Below are positions 1-8,893 of a stretch of DNA of 64,000 bases, piece by piece. The notes under the pieces are model-generated. The model had not been told where the DNA came from. It was given only the letters and a program-made list of their open reading frames with translations, and did not search any database. The DNA lies in sequence record NC_052660.1; one strand, written 5' to 3'. Made by a program: the position numbers and the translations under genes. Position 1 is the stretch's first letter. Each line of letters opens with the position of its first letter. This stretch comes from Escherichia phage tuntematon.

Positions 1-7
1 AGATATT

Positions 8-475
8 TTGGCATTCACACTGCCACCTGGCAAAGAAGATGCTCCTTTGGGGCATCCTAATGGGAAGTTTTATGTTGCCAGTGCCGAGCAATCATTCTTG
101 CAAATGGAAAAGGATGGCTACGAGTTTATCGCTGGTCATCCCTACATGGCCCTGACACCATGTTACCGCACAGAGGAAGTGTTGGATGATTCTCACTTCA
201 ACATCTTCTTGAAGCTGGAGTTGATTGAGTTCTATCCCAGCTTTGGTGAAGTGAAAGAGTATGCCGAAGAAATGCGATACTTCTTCTGGACCTACTACAA
301 AGTCCAAACAAGAATTGTAGAAACAGAAATAGGGCTTGACGTGGAAGACATGAATGGTTTAGAATTAGGGTCATTCGGAACAAGATTGTCCCCACAAGGT
401 CATCCATATATTTATGCAACAGCCATAGCCGAACCTCGTGCATCTATGGCAATTAACAGGAGGAATCATGATTAA
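8..475 (+). CDS. hypothetical protein, probably 5'-partial
   Basis: Reading frame is open from position 2 to the window edge, so the true start is likely upstream; stop at 473-475. No motif recognised. Confidence 0.4.
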   Translation: MAFTLPPGKEDAPLGHPNGKFYVASAEQSFLQMEKDGYEFIAGHPYMALTPCYRTEEVLDDSHFNIFLKLELIEFYPSFGEVKEYAEEMRYFFWTYYKVQTRIVETEIGLDVEDMNGLELGSFGTRLSPQGHPYIYATAIAEPRASMAINRRNHD

Positions 476-1856
476 TAAATTTGCCCGTAAACAGGAAGTT
501 GCTGAAGCAGCACGTCGCGCTGGTGTGTATGACAAATTGTGTGAAGGTATTGTGAAGGTGTATGGCTGGGAGGGAGAAGATGATCCAACCTGTTCAGGTG
601 ATTTTGCAATGAACGATATGACCTTCCCATATATTTCCTACAATGCCTCCACTGGTGAAATAAACGGTGTAACCAGCACCAGTGTTGATCGTTATCCAGA
701 CGCAGAACAAACCACAGGAGGTTACATGTTAGATCTGATTCTTAAGAAATCAGGGTTATTGGGAATCGAAGACGTTTTCGTAGATGCAGATAGTTTATCA
801 TTAGGAGATGTTGTTAAACTACTGGTAGACTTTAGATTTGCAACAGGTAAAAGCTTCTGGAAGCCAGAAGATGCTGAACGTTTGAAGACAATCGACCCAA
901 GTATGTATGAACTGCCACAATATAAAGATAAACAATTCCGCAAGGTTATCTTCTTTGATCGTCAAGCAGGTTTAGATGCAATGCATATTGAAGTTGGGGA
1001 TTTACCACGCCCACACTCTGCTGCTACTGGTGATCGCAGCCTTGTAGAAGTCACGGCCCAAGAATTTAAAAATATGTTTGCTGCGAAATACGATGAAGCT
1101 GCGCCTGTGCCAAGTATTGAGGAGCAAGAGGAAGAACAGTTTGTAGCGGAAGATACTGCATTTGAATATCTGCCGAACACAGGTGTTATGCCTTCAGAAG
1201 ATTTCGTGCAGGTTCGCTTCAACAATGGTCAAACAGATGTTGCTAAGGGAACAGTATTCACTTGGAATATCGACAATCTGGAAGAGTGGGCGATTAAAGA
1301 ATACTTCATTCTCCCGCGCACGGCAAAATACAACTATAATAATGGTGGACACCGCCCTTGTGGTGGTCACGTAGAAGTTCTCTTTCGTGACGGAACTACG
1401 GATAGTGGATCGGCTACGCATTTCACTTGGGGTCATGTTGGATATGATCGGGATATTGTTGGTTGGCTTCCAACTAACAACCCTAAACCACGTTACCGTA
1501 AGCCTCGTAAGAAGCCGCCAGTAGGTAAGAAGAGTGTTGTTCGTGTCCTTTACACTACACAGCAGACATACACATTTAAAAATGTGGTAGACGTGCAAGT
1601 GACCGAGGAGCGAGTTTATATCCAATATGATCGTGAAGTTACAGAGGGTATTAAAGAATCGGTTACTACCGAAATTGAAAATAAGCTTGTTATGGCAATC
1701 ATTGTTGAAGAAAGTAAAGTAGAGAACGGTAAAGCCTACACTGTTCGTGATAGCTTCTTGCGTAACATTGATGGAACTTGGGATTATAATGGACACGATG
1801 GGACCGCTGTAAAGAACGGTAAGATCATGGGAAGACAATTCCTCTCCAAACGATAA
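468..1856 (+). CDS. hypothetical protein (~462 aa)
   Basis: ATG at 468 preceded by AGGAGG (458-463); long ORF ending just before a strong intrinsic terminator. No motif recognised. Confidence 0.55.
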   Translation: MINKFARKQEVAEAARRAGVYDKLCEGIVKVYGWEGEDDPTCSGDFAMNDMTFPYISYNASTGEINGVTSTSVDRYPDAEQTTGGYMLDLILKKSGLLGIEDVFVDADSLSLGDVVKLLVDFRFATGKSFWKPEDAERLKTIDPSMYELPQYKDKQFRKVIFFDRQAGLDAMHIEVGDLPRPHSAATGDRSLVEVTAQEFKNMFAAKYDEAAPVPSIEEQEEEQFVAEDTAFEYLPNTGVMPSEDFVQVRFNNGQTDVAKGTVFTWNIDNLEEWAIKEYFILPRTAKYNYNNGGHRPCGGHVEVLFRDGTTDSGSATHFTWGHVGYDRDIVGWLPTNNPKPRYRKPRKKPPVGKKSVVRVLYTTQQTYTFKNVVDVQVTEERVYIQYDREVTEGIKESVTTEIENKLVMAIIVEESKVENGKAYTVRDSFLRNIDGTWDYNGHDGTAVKNGKIMGRQFLSKR

Positions 1857-1862
1857 AACTTA

Positions 1863-1886
1863 AAGGCGCACTTTGCGCCTTTTTTG
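1863..1886 (+). terminator. rho-independent terminator
   Basis: GC-rich hairpin AAGGCGCA-ctt-TGCGCCTT followed by TTTTTT, directly after the stop of the 468-1856 ORF. Confidence 0.65.
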
Positions 1887-1956
1887 ATTTTCCTCAAAGC
1901 TTTTTTCGGTTAGAAGAGGTAGAATAATAGTTCTACTCACAAAATAAGGATTAATA

Positions 1957-3771
1957 ATGAAAGATTTGTACCAAGATGTTTTTTCTTTTTTAGATCGCAC
2001 TTCAGAAACATACACTAGAGAGAATGCAAACAAACCTTCCCACCTCGTTAACACGCATAGGGATCTCTTGGCGGGGATTTTAAGCAAACATATGGCAATG
2101 ATACAGATACTGCCAAAAAACTTGTCAGAATGGCATACAGAAGGTTTTGGACATATTCACGACTTGGATTATCTGCTCTCTCCTCTTACAAACTGTTGTC
2201 TTGTTAATTATCAAGATATGTTAGAAAATGGTTTTAAGATCGGTGCTGCACAGATAGAAAAACCAAAATCTATTGGAGTAGCTACCACAGTGCTAACTCA
2301 AATCATCCAAGCTGTTGCCTCCAGTCAGTATGGAGGTCAAACGTGTGCACACATTGATAAAGGGCTTAGTCCTTATGTTGAAGCTAGTTTCCTTAAAAAC
2401 ATGGAGATAACCAAACGTCGCTACGGTTGTTATGCAAGGAAAGAAGCCCTAGAAATGACAGAACAAGATGTATATGATGCTATGCAAACTCTCTTGTATC
2501 AGGTTAATACTTTAATGAGTGTTAATGGACAATCTCCTTTTATTACAATCAGTATGGGTCTGGATACCTCTGTTTTTGGCAGAATGATCACAGCCAACTA
2601 TCTTAAAGTGCATAGTAACGGTCTAGGCAAAGATCATGTAACGCCTGTATTCCCTAAAGTTATTTTCTTTTTACAAGAAGGTGTTAACATGAAACCTAGT
2701 GATCCTAACTATGACCTTAAGCAACAAGCTTTGGCATGTTGTGCTGATCGTATTTATCCAGATTTTATTTCTGTTCCTTTGAACAAAGAAGTTACGGGAT
2801 CAGCAGATGGTACTGTTACGAGTATGGGTTGTCGTTCCTTTTTGTCGTACTATGCCACCGAACAAGGAGAAAAATATGATGGACGATTCAACCTTGGAGT
2901 AGTTTCTATCAACTTGCCTCTGATTGCTGCGGAAGCGAGAAGTAAAGGAGAATCTTTCACCTACCTCCTTAATAAACATATGGAGATAGCCTACGATGCT
3001 CACATGCTACGTGTAAACCGTATTAGACATACCAAAGCATCTGAAAACCCTATTCTTTTCATGGAAGGGGCTTTAGCGCGTTTAAATGCCAATGATGAAA
3101 TTGGTGTTTTGTTTGAAGATGGTTATGCTTCTATTAGTATTGGTTATGTAGGTCTTGCCGAAGCTTTGGAAATCCTTTATCCAGAAGAAAAAGATAAAAA
3201 GGAACTTGGTAAAAGCATTCTGCAACATATGAAAGATGTGTGTGCTGTGTTTAAAGAACGATCTAAGCTGGCGTTTAGTCTCTATGGAACTCCAGCAGAA
3301 TCCTTGTGCTATAAGTTTGCAACAGCTTTAAATAAAAAATACCCAGGTTTGGTAGAAAGAGACTATCTTACTAACTCTTTTCATCAACCTGTATGGTTGG
3401 TAACAAATCCTTTTGAAAAATGGGATTATGAAGCAGGTTTTGCACAGATTAGTAATGGTGGTAACATAAGTTATGTCGAAACACCAAACTTAAAGAATAA
3501 CTTAGAAGCTTTGGAGACTTTAGTAGACTACGCTTATGAACATATTCACTATTTTGGTATTAATCAGCCCGTGGATCAATGCTTTAAGTGTGGTTTTCAT
3601 GGAGAATTTAAGGCAACGGCTAAAGGGTTTGAGTGTCCTGATTGTGGCAACCATGAAGAAGAAACTATTTCTGTAGTTAGACGTGTATCAGGGTATCTTT
3701 CTGCCCCTAATTCACGGCCTTACAACAAAGGTAAAATGCAGGAAGTTTTGCAAAGGGAGAAACATCTTTGA
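1957..3771 (+). CDS. nrdD: anaerobic ribonucleoside-triphosphate reductase (class III RNR)
   Basis: 604 aa; C-terminal Cys4 zinc ribbon (CFKCGF...CPDCGN) followed by a glycyl-radical motif (RRVSGYLS), both typical of NrdD. Confidence 0.9.
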   Translation: MKDLYQDVFSFLDRTSETYTRENANKPSHLVNTHRDLLAGILSKHMAMIQILPKNLSEWHTEGFGHIHDLDYLLSPLTNCCLVNYQDMLENGFKIGAAQIEKPKSIGVATTVLTQIIQAVASSQYGGQTCAHIDKGLSPYVEASFLKNMEITKRRYGCYARKEALEMTEQDVYDAMQTLLYQVNTLMSVNGQSPFITISMGLDTSVFGRMITANYLKVHSNGLGKDHVTPVFPKVIFFLQEGVNMKPSDPNYDLKQQALACCADRIYPDFISVPLNKEVTGSADGTVTSMGCRSFLSYYATEQGEKYDGRFNLGVVSINLPLIAAEARSKGESFTYLLNKHMEIAYDAHMLRVNRIRHTKASENPILFMEGALARLNANDEIGVLFEDGYASISIGYVGLAEALEILYPEEKDKKELGKSILQHMKDVCAVFKERSKLAFSLYGTPAESLCYKFATALNKKYPGLVERDYLTNSFHQPVWLVTNPFEKWDYEAGFAQISNGGNISYVETPNLKNNLEALETLVDYAYEHIHYFGINQPVDQCFKCGFHGEFKATAKGFECPDCGNHEEETISVVRRVSGYLSAPNSRPYNKGKMQEVLQREKHL

Positions 3772-4238
3772 ATTTTGCAGGATATGAACCTGTAGATCTT
3801 ATTAATGGTGAGGGAGTTAGGTGCTCCCTCTGGGTTAGTGGTTGTAGCCACGGTTGTCGTGGCTGTTTTAACCAAAAAGCCTGGTCTTATTCTTATGGGA
3901 AACCGTTCACTCACGAAAATGTAGAGCAAGTTTTAAAAGATTTGTCAAGACCGTTTGTAAAAGGTTTAACAATTTTAGGAGGAGAGCCATTAGATCCACA
4001 GAATATTTACAATGTTAAAAACCTTATAGAAAAGGTTAGAGACGTTTATGGGTCAAGCAAAGATATAATGGTGTATACAGGGTATACTTTTGAGGAAGTG
4101 CCTTTGTATATTAAAAATCTTGTTGACATTATTGTAGACGGAAAGTATGAAATAAACAATCCAACTACAAAACCTTTCAGAGGGTCAGATAATCAAAGAT
4201 TATGGACCAAAACGGCAAGTGGTTGGCAATCAGATTAA
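3768..4238 (+). CDS. nrdG: anaerobic RNR activating protein (radical SAM)
   Basis: 156 aa; N-terminal RCSLWVSGCSHGCRGCFNQKAW closely matches the NrdG CxxxCxxC cluster; TTG start overlaps the nrdD stop (TTGA). Confidence 0.9.
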   Translation: MNFAGYEPVDLINGEGVRCSLWVSGCSHGCRGCFNQKAWSYSYGKPFTHENVEQVLKDLSRPFVKGLTILGGEPLDPQNIYNVKNLIEKVRDVYGSSKDIMVYTGYTFEEVPLYIKNLVDIIVDGKYEINNPTTKPFRGSDNQRLWTKTASGWQSD

Positions 4239-4251
4239 CTTAGGAGGTTTC

Positions 4252-4443
4252 ATGGTTACATATTTTGCTGTAGGAGATAGAGTAGGGACGGCAGGAGAAC
4301 TTTTGAAGAACAGTGATCGGGACGTTAAGGACATTCTTGCAACCCTTGTGGATATTTTACAAAGAAAAGAGTTGCTTTCTGATCGAGATGTTGCTAAATT
4401 ACTTGATATCGGAGGAGATGAACTTCAAAGACTTCCATTTTAA
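4252..4443 (+). CDS. hypothetical small protein
   Basis: ATG at 4252 after TAGGAGG; same frame as track ORF 4219-4443. Confidence 0.35.
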   Translation: MVTYFAVGDRVGTAGELLKNSDRDVKDILATLVDILQRKELLSDRDVAKLLDIGGDELQRLPF

Positions 4444-4458
4444 GTGAGGAGATAAGTA

Positions 4459-5064
4459 ATGCAACATAGTGTAGTAGTCAACATGCCGAATAGTGGGGAT
4501 AAATCTTTTGGTGTTCCTGCTAAAAAAGTGTGGAAAGCCCATTTTCATCTTACTTTATCTAACGTTAGTTCTGAAGAGTTGATGAAAGCAGCTAAGATTA
4601 TTGGTGCCAAATGCACAACAATTGATTTACATCGGGATACAAAGTCTCAACGTGATCGTATGTTAACAAAGTATCAAAGCGATCTCGACACTACTTTAAT
4701 GTTGCAGTGTGTAGAAAAACTTGAGAATGCAGGTTTCAATGTTGTTCGTTACAAACTGGAACGAATGTTTAAACATGTTGCCTGTGTTCTTTTCATGGAT
4801 CTAAGTAAAGAAAATTACGGAGAAGTTCACATTAAGACTTCAGCAAGTGATCCCGAAGTAGAAACAAACTTCTTCCGTATTTCTTCTAATGCTGAAGAAA
4901 TTGATTACCGATTTTATAATGCTCGCTTATATTCCGCAGAAGATAAGTTGCGTTTCAATGAAGCGTATGATATGCTCTTGAACAGTGGGATACAGATAAA
5001 AGGCTACCACATAGAACAAGTGGTAGTGGACAGTAATCTTAACTTAGACGCATGGTGGGCTTAA
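4459..5064 (+). CDS. hypothetical protein (single HxTx motif; weak 2H-phosphoesterase resemblance)
   Basis: 201 aa; AHFHLTL contains one H-x-T-x motif; no convincing second motif. Confidence 0.45.
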   Translation: MQHSVVVNMPNSGDKSFGVPAKKVWKAHFHLTLSNVSSEELMKAAKIIGAKCTTIDLHRDTKSQRDRMLTKYQSDLDTTLMLQCVEKLENAGFNVVRYKLERMFKHVACVLFMDLSKENYGEVHIKTSASDPEVETNFFRISSNAEEIDYRFYNARLYSAEDKLRFNEAYDMLLNSGIQIKGYHIEQVVVDSNLNLDAWWA

Positions 5065-5065
5065 T

Positions 5066-5722
5066 ATGACTATTAAACATATCTCTTTTGATGTATGGAA
5101 CACACTGATCACAGCAAACTCCAATTACGCAGACATGCGAGCCTGGACTATCGCAAAATATGGAGATATTACGGAAGTTGAAGCAAGAGCAGCTTATAAA
5201 AAAATCAAAAAGGAACTGGATAATGCAGCACTTCAAGGCAAAGCCGAGTGTGCAGCATACGCCTGGGAAAGACTCGGTTCTGAACTTGGGATAACGCCTT
5301 GGAAGTCTGCAAAGCTTCGTTTCGAGTGTGAACAGTGGTTCCTTAAGTTTCCACCACACGTAGCCGTAGATCTGCCGATGTACTTGCTGTATCTTTCTGG
5401 GCGTTATGATTTGAGTATTAAGAGCAATACCAACTTCATATCAGGGGATATTCTGCGTCGTGCTTGTAAGTTTGATAGTTGGAATTGTTTTGAGTTCACC
5501 CATTTCTCGGATGAAGCTTTACTTTGTAAACCAGATCCGCGATTCTTTGCTCGCACGCTCACGTATTCTCCGATCCCTCTGTTAGGGCACGAAGTATTGC
5601 ACGTAGGCGATAGTGAAGAATATGATGGAAAATGTGTTGACTTAGGATTTAACTTCTGTCATATTAAGAACCCTAACGACTTACTAGAGAAACTTAAAAG
5701 AGGAGAAATTGTAAATGCGTAA
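5066..5722 (+). CDS. HAD-superfamily hydrolase/phosphatase
   Basis: N-terminal ISFDVWNTLI (HAD motif I, haloacid-dehalogenase-like DxxxTL variant), KPDPRFF (motif III lysine) and HVGDSEEYDG (motif IV). Confidence 0.65.
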   Translation: MTIKHISFDVWNTLITANSNYADMRAWTIAKYGDITEVEARAAYKKIKKELDNAALQGKAECAAYAWERLGSELGITPWKSAKLRFECEQWFLKFPPHVAVDLPMYLLYLSGRYDLSIKSNTNFISGDILRRACKFDSWNCFEFTHFSDEALLCKPDPRFFARTLTYSPIPLLGHEVLHVGDSEEYDGKCVDLGFNFCHIKNPNDLLEKLKRGEIVNA

Positions 5723-6542
5723 TCAAACTCAAATTTTTGCAAATAAATTTGATGACCTGGAAACTGCTACTTTTGATATCCAAGATTATTCAAAATTGAA
5801 ATTTGGTAGTAACCAAGCCGCGCGTCGTATGGGTAAAGAATTGGCACTTCAGTTTTTTGCTCAAGTGGCAATGAAACATATTGGGGAACAATTTGTTATC
5901 ATTCCTTCTCCTTACAACCATGTGCATAATGCTGCAACAATGATGACAGATCATTTTATTAATTACTTTAATATGTTGCAAGCACAATATGATCAAGGTC
6001 GTTCAGCAGAACTGGACATTATTCATCGTAAAGTTAGCTATATCAACGATTATGGTTTCTTGGATAAAGCTAGTCGTAAGAAACTTATTGATGGGGATAC
6101 ATTCTACTGTAACAAAGAATTCTGGGGGGATAAGAAGCTTGTATTCATTGATGATGTAAATATCACTGGAACGCATGAAGACAAACTGATTGAGATCCTT
6201 AATGAAAATCAAGTTAAAAATGATGTTTACTTCCTGTATTTTGCAAAATATGAAGGTAATCAAGCAGATACCGAAGCTAAACTGAATTTTAACTACATTA
6301 ATACACCGGAAGCGTTTGTTAAAATGATTAATGAAGAACGTGATGCACAGTGTCTTGTTCGTCCTATTAAGTATCTTATGGGCCAAAATCATGAAGACTT
6401 CAAAATCATTCTTAGCCAATTGCCACATTACTATGTAGAGCAACTTTTCTTTGGATGCTTGGGAGAAGGTTACAACCGAATTTCAAAGTATGCTGAAAAC
6501 TTTGAATTCTTGGATCGTTACACAAAACAACACATTCTGTAA
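5715..6542 (+). CDS. type I phosphoribosyltransferase (PRPP-binding) family protein
   Basis: KLVFIDDVNITGTHE fits the classical PRPP-binding signature (hydrophobic run, DD, then TG-T); start overlaps the upstream stop. Confidence 0.65.
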   Translation: MRNQTQIFANKFDDLETATFDIQDYSKLKFGSNQAARRMGKELALQFFAQVAMKHIGEQFVIIPSPYNHVHNAATMMTDHFINYFNMLQAQYDQGRSAELDIIHRKVSYINDYGFLDKASRKKLIDGDTFYCNKEFWGDKKLVFIDDVNITGTHEDKLIEILNENQVKNDVYFLYFAKYEGNQADTEAKLNFNYINTPEAFVKMINEERDAQCLVRPIKYLMGQNHEDFKIILSQLPHYYVEQLFFGCLGEGYNRISKYAENFEFLDRYTKQHIL

Positions 6543-6555
6543 TAAGGAGCTAAAA

Positions 6556-7029
6556 ATGCTTAAAATGAAAACAGGTAATCTTATTGATGCCGCTAAAGCA
6601 GGTGAAGTAACTGTTATTGCTCATTGTTGCAACTGTATGTGTAATATGGGGGCAGGTATTGCCCCACAAATCAAACGAGCATTTCCTTACGCATATGCAG
6701 CAGACTTAGACACAATGGCTGGTGATCAAAGTAAACTAGGTTGTTTTAGTTTAGGGGTGCCAGACGAACAATCAGACCCTTTGGTATATAATCTATACGG
6801 GCAATACCGTTACGGATACAATGCTAAAGGTCGTCAGTTGGACTATGATGCACTTTACGATGCACTAATAGCTATGGCTAACGATTTGCTTCTCCGTGAC
6901 CAAAAATGTAAGATCGGCTTACCTATGATTGGCGCTGGACATGCTGGAGGTAATTGGGCTATCATCCAAGTGATGATTGAAGAAACTTTAGTAAAAACAG
7001 GTCACGATGTGACTATTTATAAACTTTAA
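6556..7029 (+). CDS. macro domain (ADP-ribose-binding/processing) protein
   Basis: VIAHCCNCMCNMGAGIAPQIKRAFP resembles the macro-domain N-x6-GGGV-x2-AI motif; C-terminal IGLPMIGAGHAGGNW resembles the second glycine-rich phosphate-binding loop; AAGGAG RBS before the ATG at 6556. Confidence 0.6.
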   Translation: MLKMKTGNLIDAAKAGEVTVIAHCCNCMCNMGAGIAPQIKRAFPYAYAADLDTMAGDQSKLGCFSLGVPDEQSDPLVYNLYGQYRYGYNAKGRQLDYDALYDALIAMANDLLLRDQKCKIGLPMIGAGHAGGNWAIIQVMIEETLVKTGHDVTIYKL

Positions 7030-7041
7030 GAGGAGATTAGT

Positions 7042-7263
7042 ATGGGTGTTTTTGCAGGTATTGTTGCAGTGGTAAGCTTTTTTGTTATTGCTTTTATGCT
7101 TAGTTTGATTCCAGCTTGGTTACTGTTGCTGGCTTACAACTATGTTGCTGAAGTTATGGGTCATGCAGATATCACTGTCCCAGTAACCTTCTGGACCGTG
7201 GTTTGTGTTTCGTTTATTCTGGCTGTATTACGAGGAATCTTTTCCTCTCATTCAACAAAATAA
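7042..7263 (+). CDS. small membrane protein (two predicted TM helices)
   Basis: 73 aa, strongly hydrophobic; GAGGAG RBS. Confidence 0.5.
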   Translation: MGVFAGIVAVVSFFVIAFMLSLIPAWLLLLAYNYVAEVMGHADITVPVTFWTVVCVSFILAVLRGIFSSHSTK

Positions 7264-7265
7264 GT

Positions 7266-7293
7266 GTTGACATAGTTCTTAAAAAGAGTAAGA
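7266..7293 (+). promoter_or_regulatory. sigma70-like promoter upstream of the TerC-like gene
   Basis: TTGACA (7266-7271), 16-nt spacer, TAAGAT. Confidence 0.4.
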
Positions 7294-7306
7294 TATATCA
7301 CATGAA

Positions 7307-7325
7307 GCGGGGAATAGTTCCCCGC
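7307..7325 (+). promoter_or_regulatory. 5'-UTR stem-loop upstream of the TerC-like gene
   Basis: GCGGGGA-atagt-TCCCCGC hairpin between the promoter and the RBS; no downstream U-tract. Confidence 0.4.
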
Positions 7326-7342
7326 AAAGAGAGGAGAAAAGA

Positions 7343-8317
7343 ATGCAACTTGGTTTCCCAATTATTGATGTAGTTGTTTTAGTTGGTATTTTAGCATTGT
7401 CTATTGGTATTGATTTCTTTGGTCACAAAGAAAATAAAGAAATTTCATTCAAATCCGCAGTTGGTTGGTCGATCTTTTGGATTGGTGTATCATTAGCTTA
7501 TTATGGTTTTGTATACTTCCAACATGGTGCCGATTTTGCTAACTTGTTTTTAAGTGGATATGTGTTGGAAAAATCTTTGTCGGTAGATAACTTGGTAGTA
7601 TTTGTAGCAGTATTCGCAAGTTTTGGTATTAAAAGCACACACTTGCAGCACAAGATTCTACTTTGGGGTATTGCAGGTGCGATTGTCTTCCGAGGTGTGT
7701 TTGTAGCAGTAGGCACTTACTTGTTAAGTTTGGGCTGGTATGTTAATATCTTCTTCGGTGCGGTCATCCTTTTCTGTGCAGCTAAAATGGTATTTGCTGG
7801 AGATAATGACGCAGAAGTTGATTACTCTAAACACTGGGCTACCCGTATTGTTCGTAAACTGTTCCCTGTATCTAATAAAATGGATGGGGAGAAGTTCTTC
7901 ACAATCGAAAATGGTGTTCGTGTAGCAACTCCAGCTTTGGTTTGCGTATTCGTGATGGAAATGGTGGATGTAATCTTTGCAGTAGATTCGGTTCCAGCGG
8001 TGATCGCAGTGACACAAGAACCCCTGCTTGTATTCTCTTCGATGTTATGTGCAATCTTAGGTCTACGTGCTCTGTTCTTTGTTCTTAGTGTCGCACTGAA
8101 GTATCTGGTTCACTTGGAGAAAGCAGTTATTGTGGTTCTGGTGTTTGTAGGCGTTAAACTGATGTATCACCCGTTTGCAGAAACATTGCATGAGAAAATC
8201 AGTTTCCTGCCAGCACATATTGATCCAACTGTTAGTATGTATATCGTGCTTGGTACTTTGGCCCTTGGTGTTATTGCAAGCTTTATCTTCCCTGAAAAAG
8301 AAGAAGCTACTGTTTAA
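7343..8317 (+). CDS. terC: TerC-family integral membrane protein
   Basis: 324 aa polytopic membrane protein carrying both TerC hallmark motifs: EKSLSVDN and FAVDSVPAVIAVTQEP...AILGLRALFF. Confidence 0.88.
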   Translation: MQLGFPIIDVVVLVGILALSIGIDFFGHKENKEISFKSAVGWSIFWIGVSLAYYGFVYFQHGADFANLFLSGYVLEKSLSVDNLVVFVAVFASFGIKSTHLQHKILLWGIAGAIVFRGVFVAVGTYLLSLGWYVNIFFGAVILFCAAKMVFAGDNDAEVDYSKHWATRIVRKLFPVSNKMDGEKFFTIENGVRVATPALVCVFVMEMVDVIFAVDSVPAVIAVTQEPLLVFSSMLCAILGLRALFFVLSVALKYLVHLEKAVIVVLVFVGVKLMYHPFAETLHEKISFLPAHIDPTVSMYIVLGTLALGVIASFIFPEKEEATV

Positions 8318-8323
8318 TAAATG

Positions 8324-8348
8324 AGCCTCCTTCGGGAGGCTATTTTAT
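8324..8348 (+). terminator. rho-independent terminator after the TerC-like gene
   Basis: AGCCTCC-ttcg-GGAGGCT hairpin followed by ATTTTAT. Confidence 0.6.
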
Positions 8349-8359
8349 AGGAGAGACTT

Positions 8360-8710
8360 ATGAGTAATTTTGATGAAATTCAAGAACTTGTTTGGGATTT
8401 ATCTGGTGATGTGGATTACATTTCAGATTATCTTTCAAAAGTTTACCCTGGGGTAAGCGTTATGATTGTGACCAAAGATCCAATTAATTTGCCTCCTAAT
8501 GTTGTAGCTTGTTGTGGAAGTGGTTCAGGAGAAGTAGAGCCTGTATCTCGTTGGGAATTAACTAAAGCTGTTTCAAAACGAAACGGTGAAGTTTTGAATA
8601 TTGATATTGAGCAAATATGGACTTCTCCAGCAGCCAAATGGAATGATCCAAATGGTTGGGATTTGTTCTTCTGGGATAATGAGACTGATGATGAGGTGTT
8701 TTTAAAATGA
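8360..8710 (+). CDS. hypothetical protein
   Basis: 116 aa ORF after the terminator; no motif recognised. Confidence 0.45.
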   Translation: MSNFDEIQELVWDLSGDVDYISDYLSKVYPGVSVMIVTKDPINLPPNVVACCGSGSGEVEPVSRWELTKAVSKRNGEVLNIDIEQIWTSPAAKWNDPNGWDLFFWDNETDDEVFLK

Positions 8711-8775
8711 AATACTTGTTGGTTGTGTTTGAAAATATCTGTTTTGCAATAGGGTTGTTTGTTGTAATTTTTGTA

Positions 8776-8804
8776 TTGACAAGCGTAATCAACGGCAGTA
8801 AAGT
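8776..8804 (+). promoter_or_regulatory. sigma70-like promoter
   Basis: TTGACA, 17-nt spacer, TAAAGT, about 90 nt upstream of the lipoprotein ORF. Confidence 0.4.
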
Positions 8805-8893
8805 GAGTTTATACCGAGATGGAGAGCAACTTTATTGCTTCTCTGGAGATTTCAAACACAGATGTATTAATAGCCAAAACGAGGAAAGCAAAT

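Noticed and set aside
4459-5064. 2H phosphoesterase (LigT-like) assignment for the 201-aa protein
   Set aside because: Only one H-x-T-x motif (HLTL) is present; the second catalytic motif could not be found, so the call is left as hypothetical.
5715-6542. Identification as a named NAD+-reconstitution (NARP-type) anti-defence enzyme
   Set aside because: Only the generic type I PRTase PRPP-binding motif is visible; substrate specificity cannot be read from the sequence, and the gene context (TerC/TerD neighbours) fits a Ter-associated biosynthetic role at least as well.
7264-7342. Possible yybP-ykoY (Mn2+) riboswitch upstream of the TerC-family gene
   Set aside because: The leader is only about 75 nt and contains a single short hairpin; it is too short and lacks the multi-helix architecture of that riboswitch.
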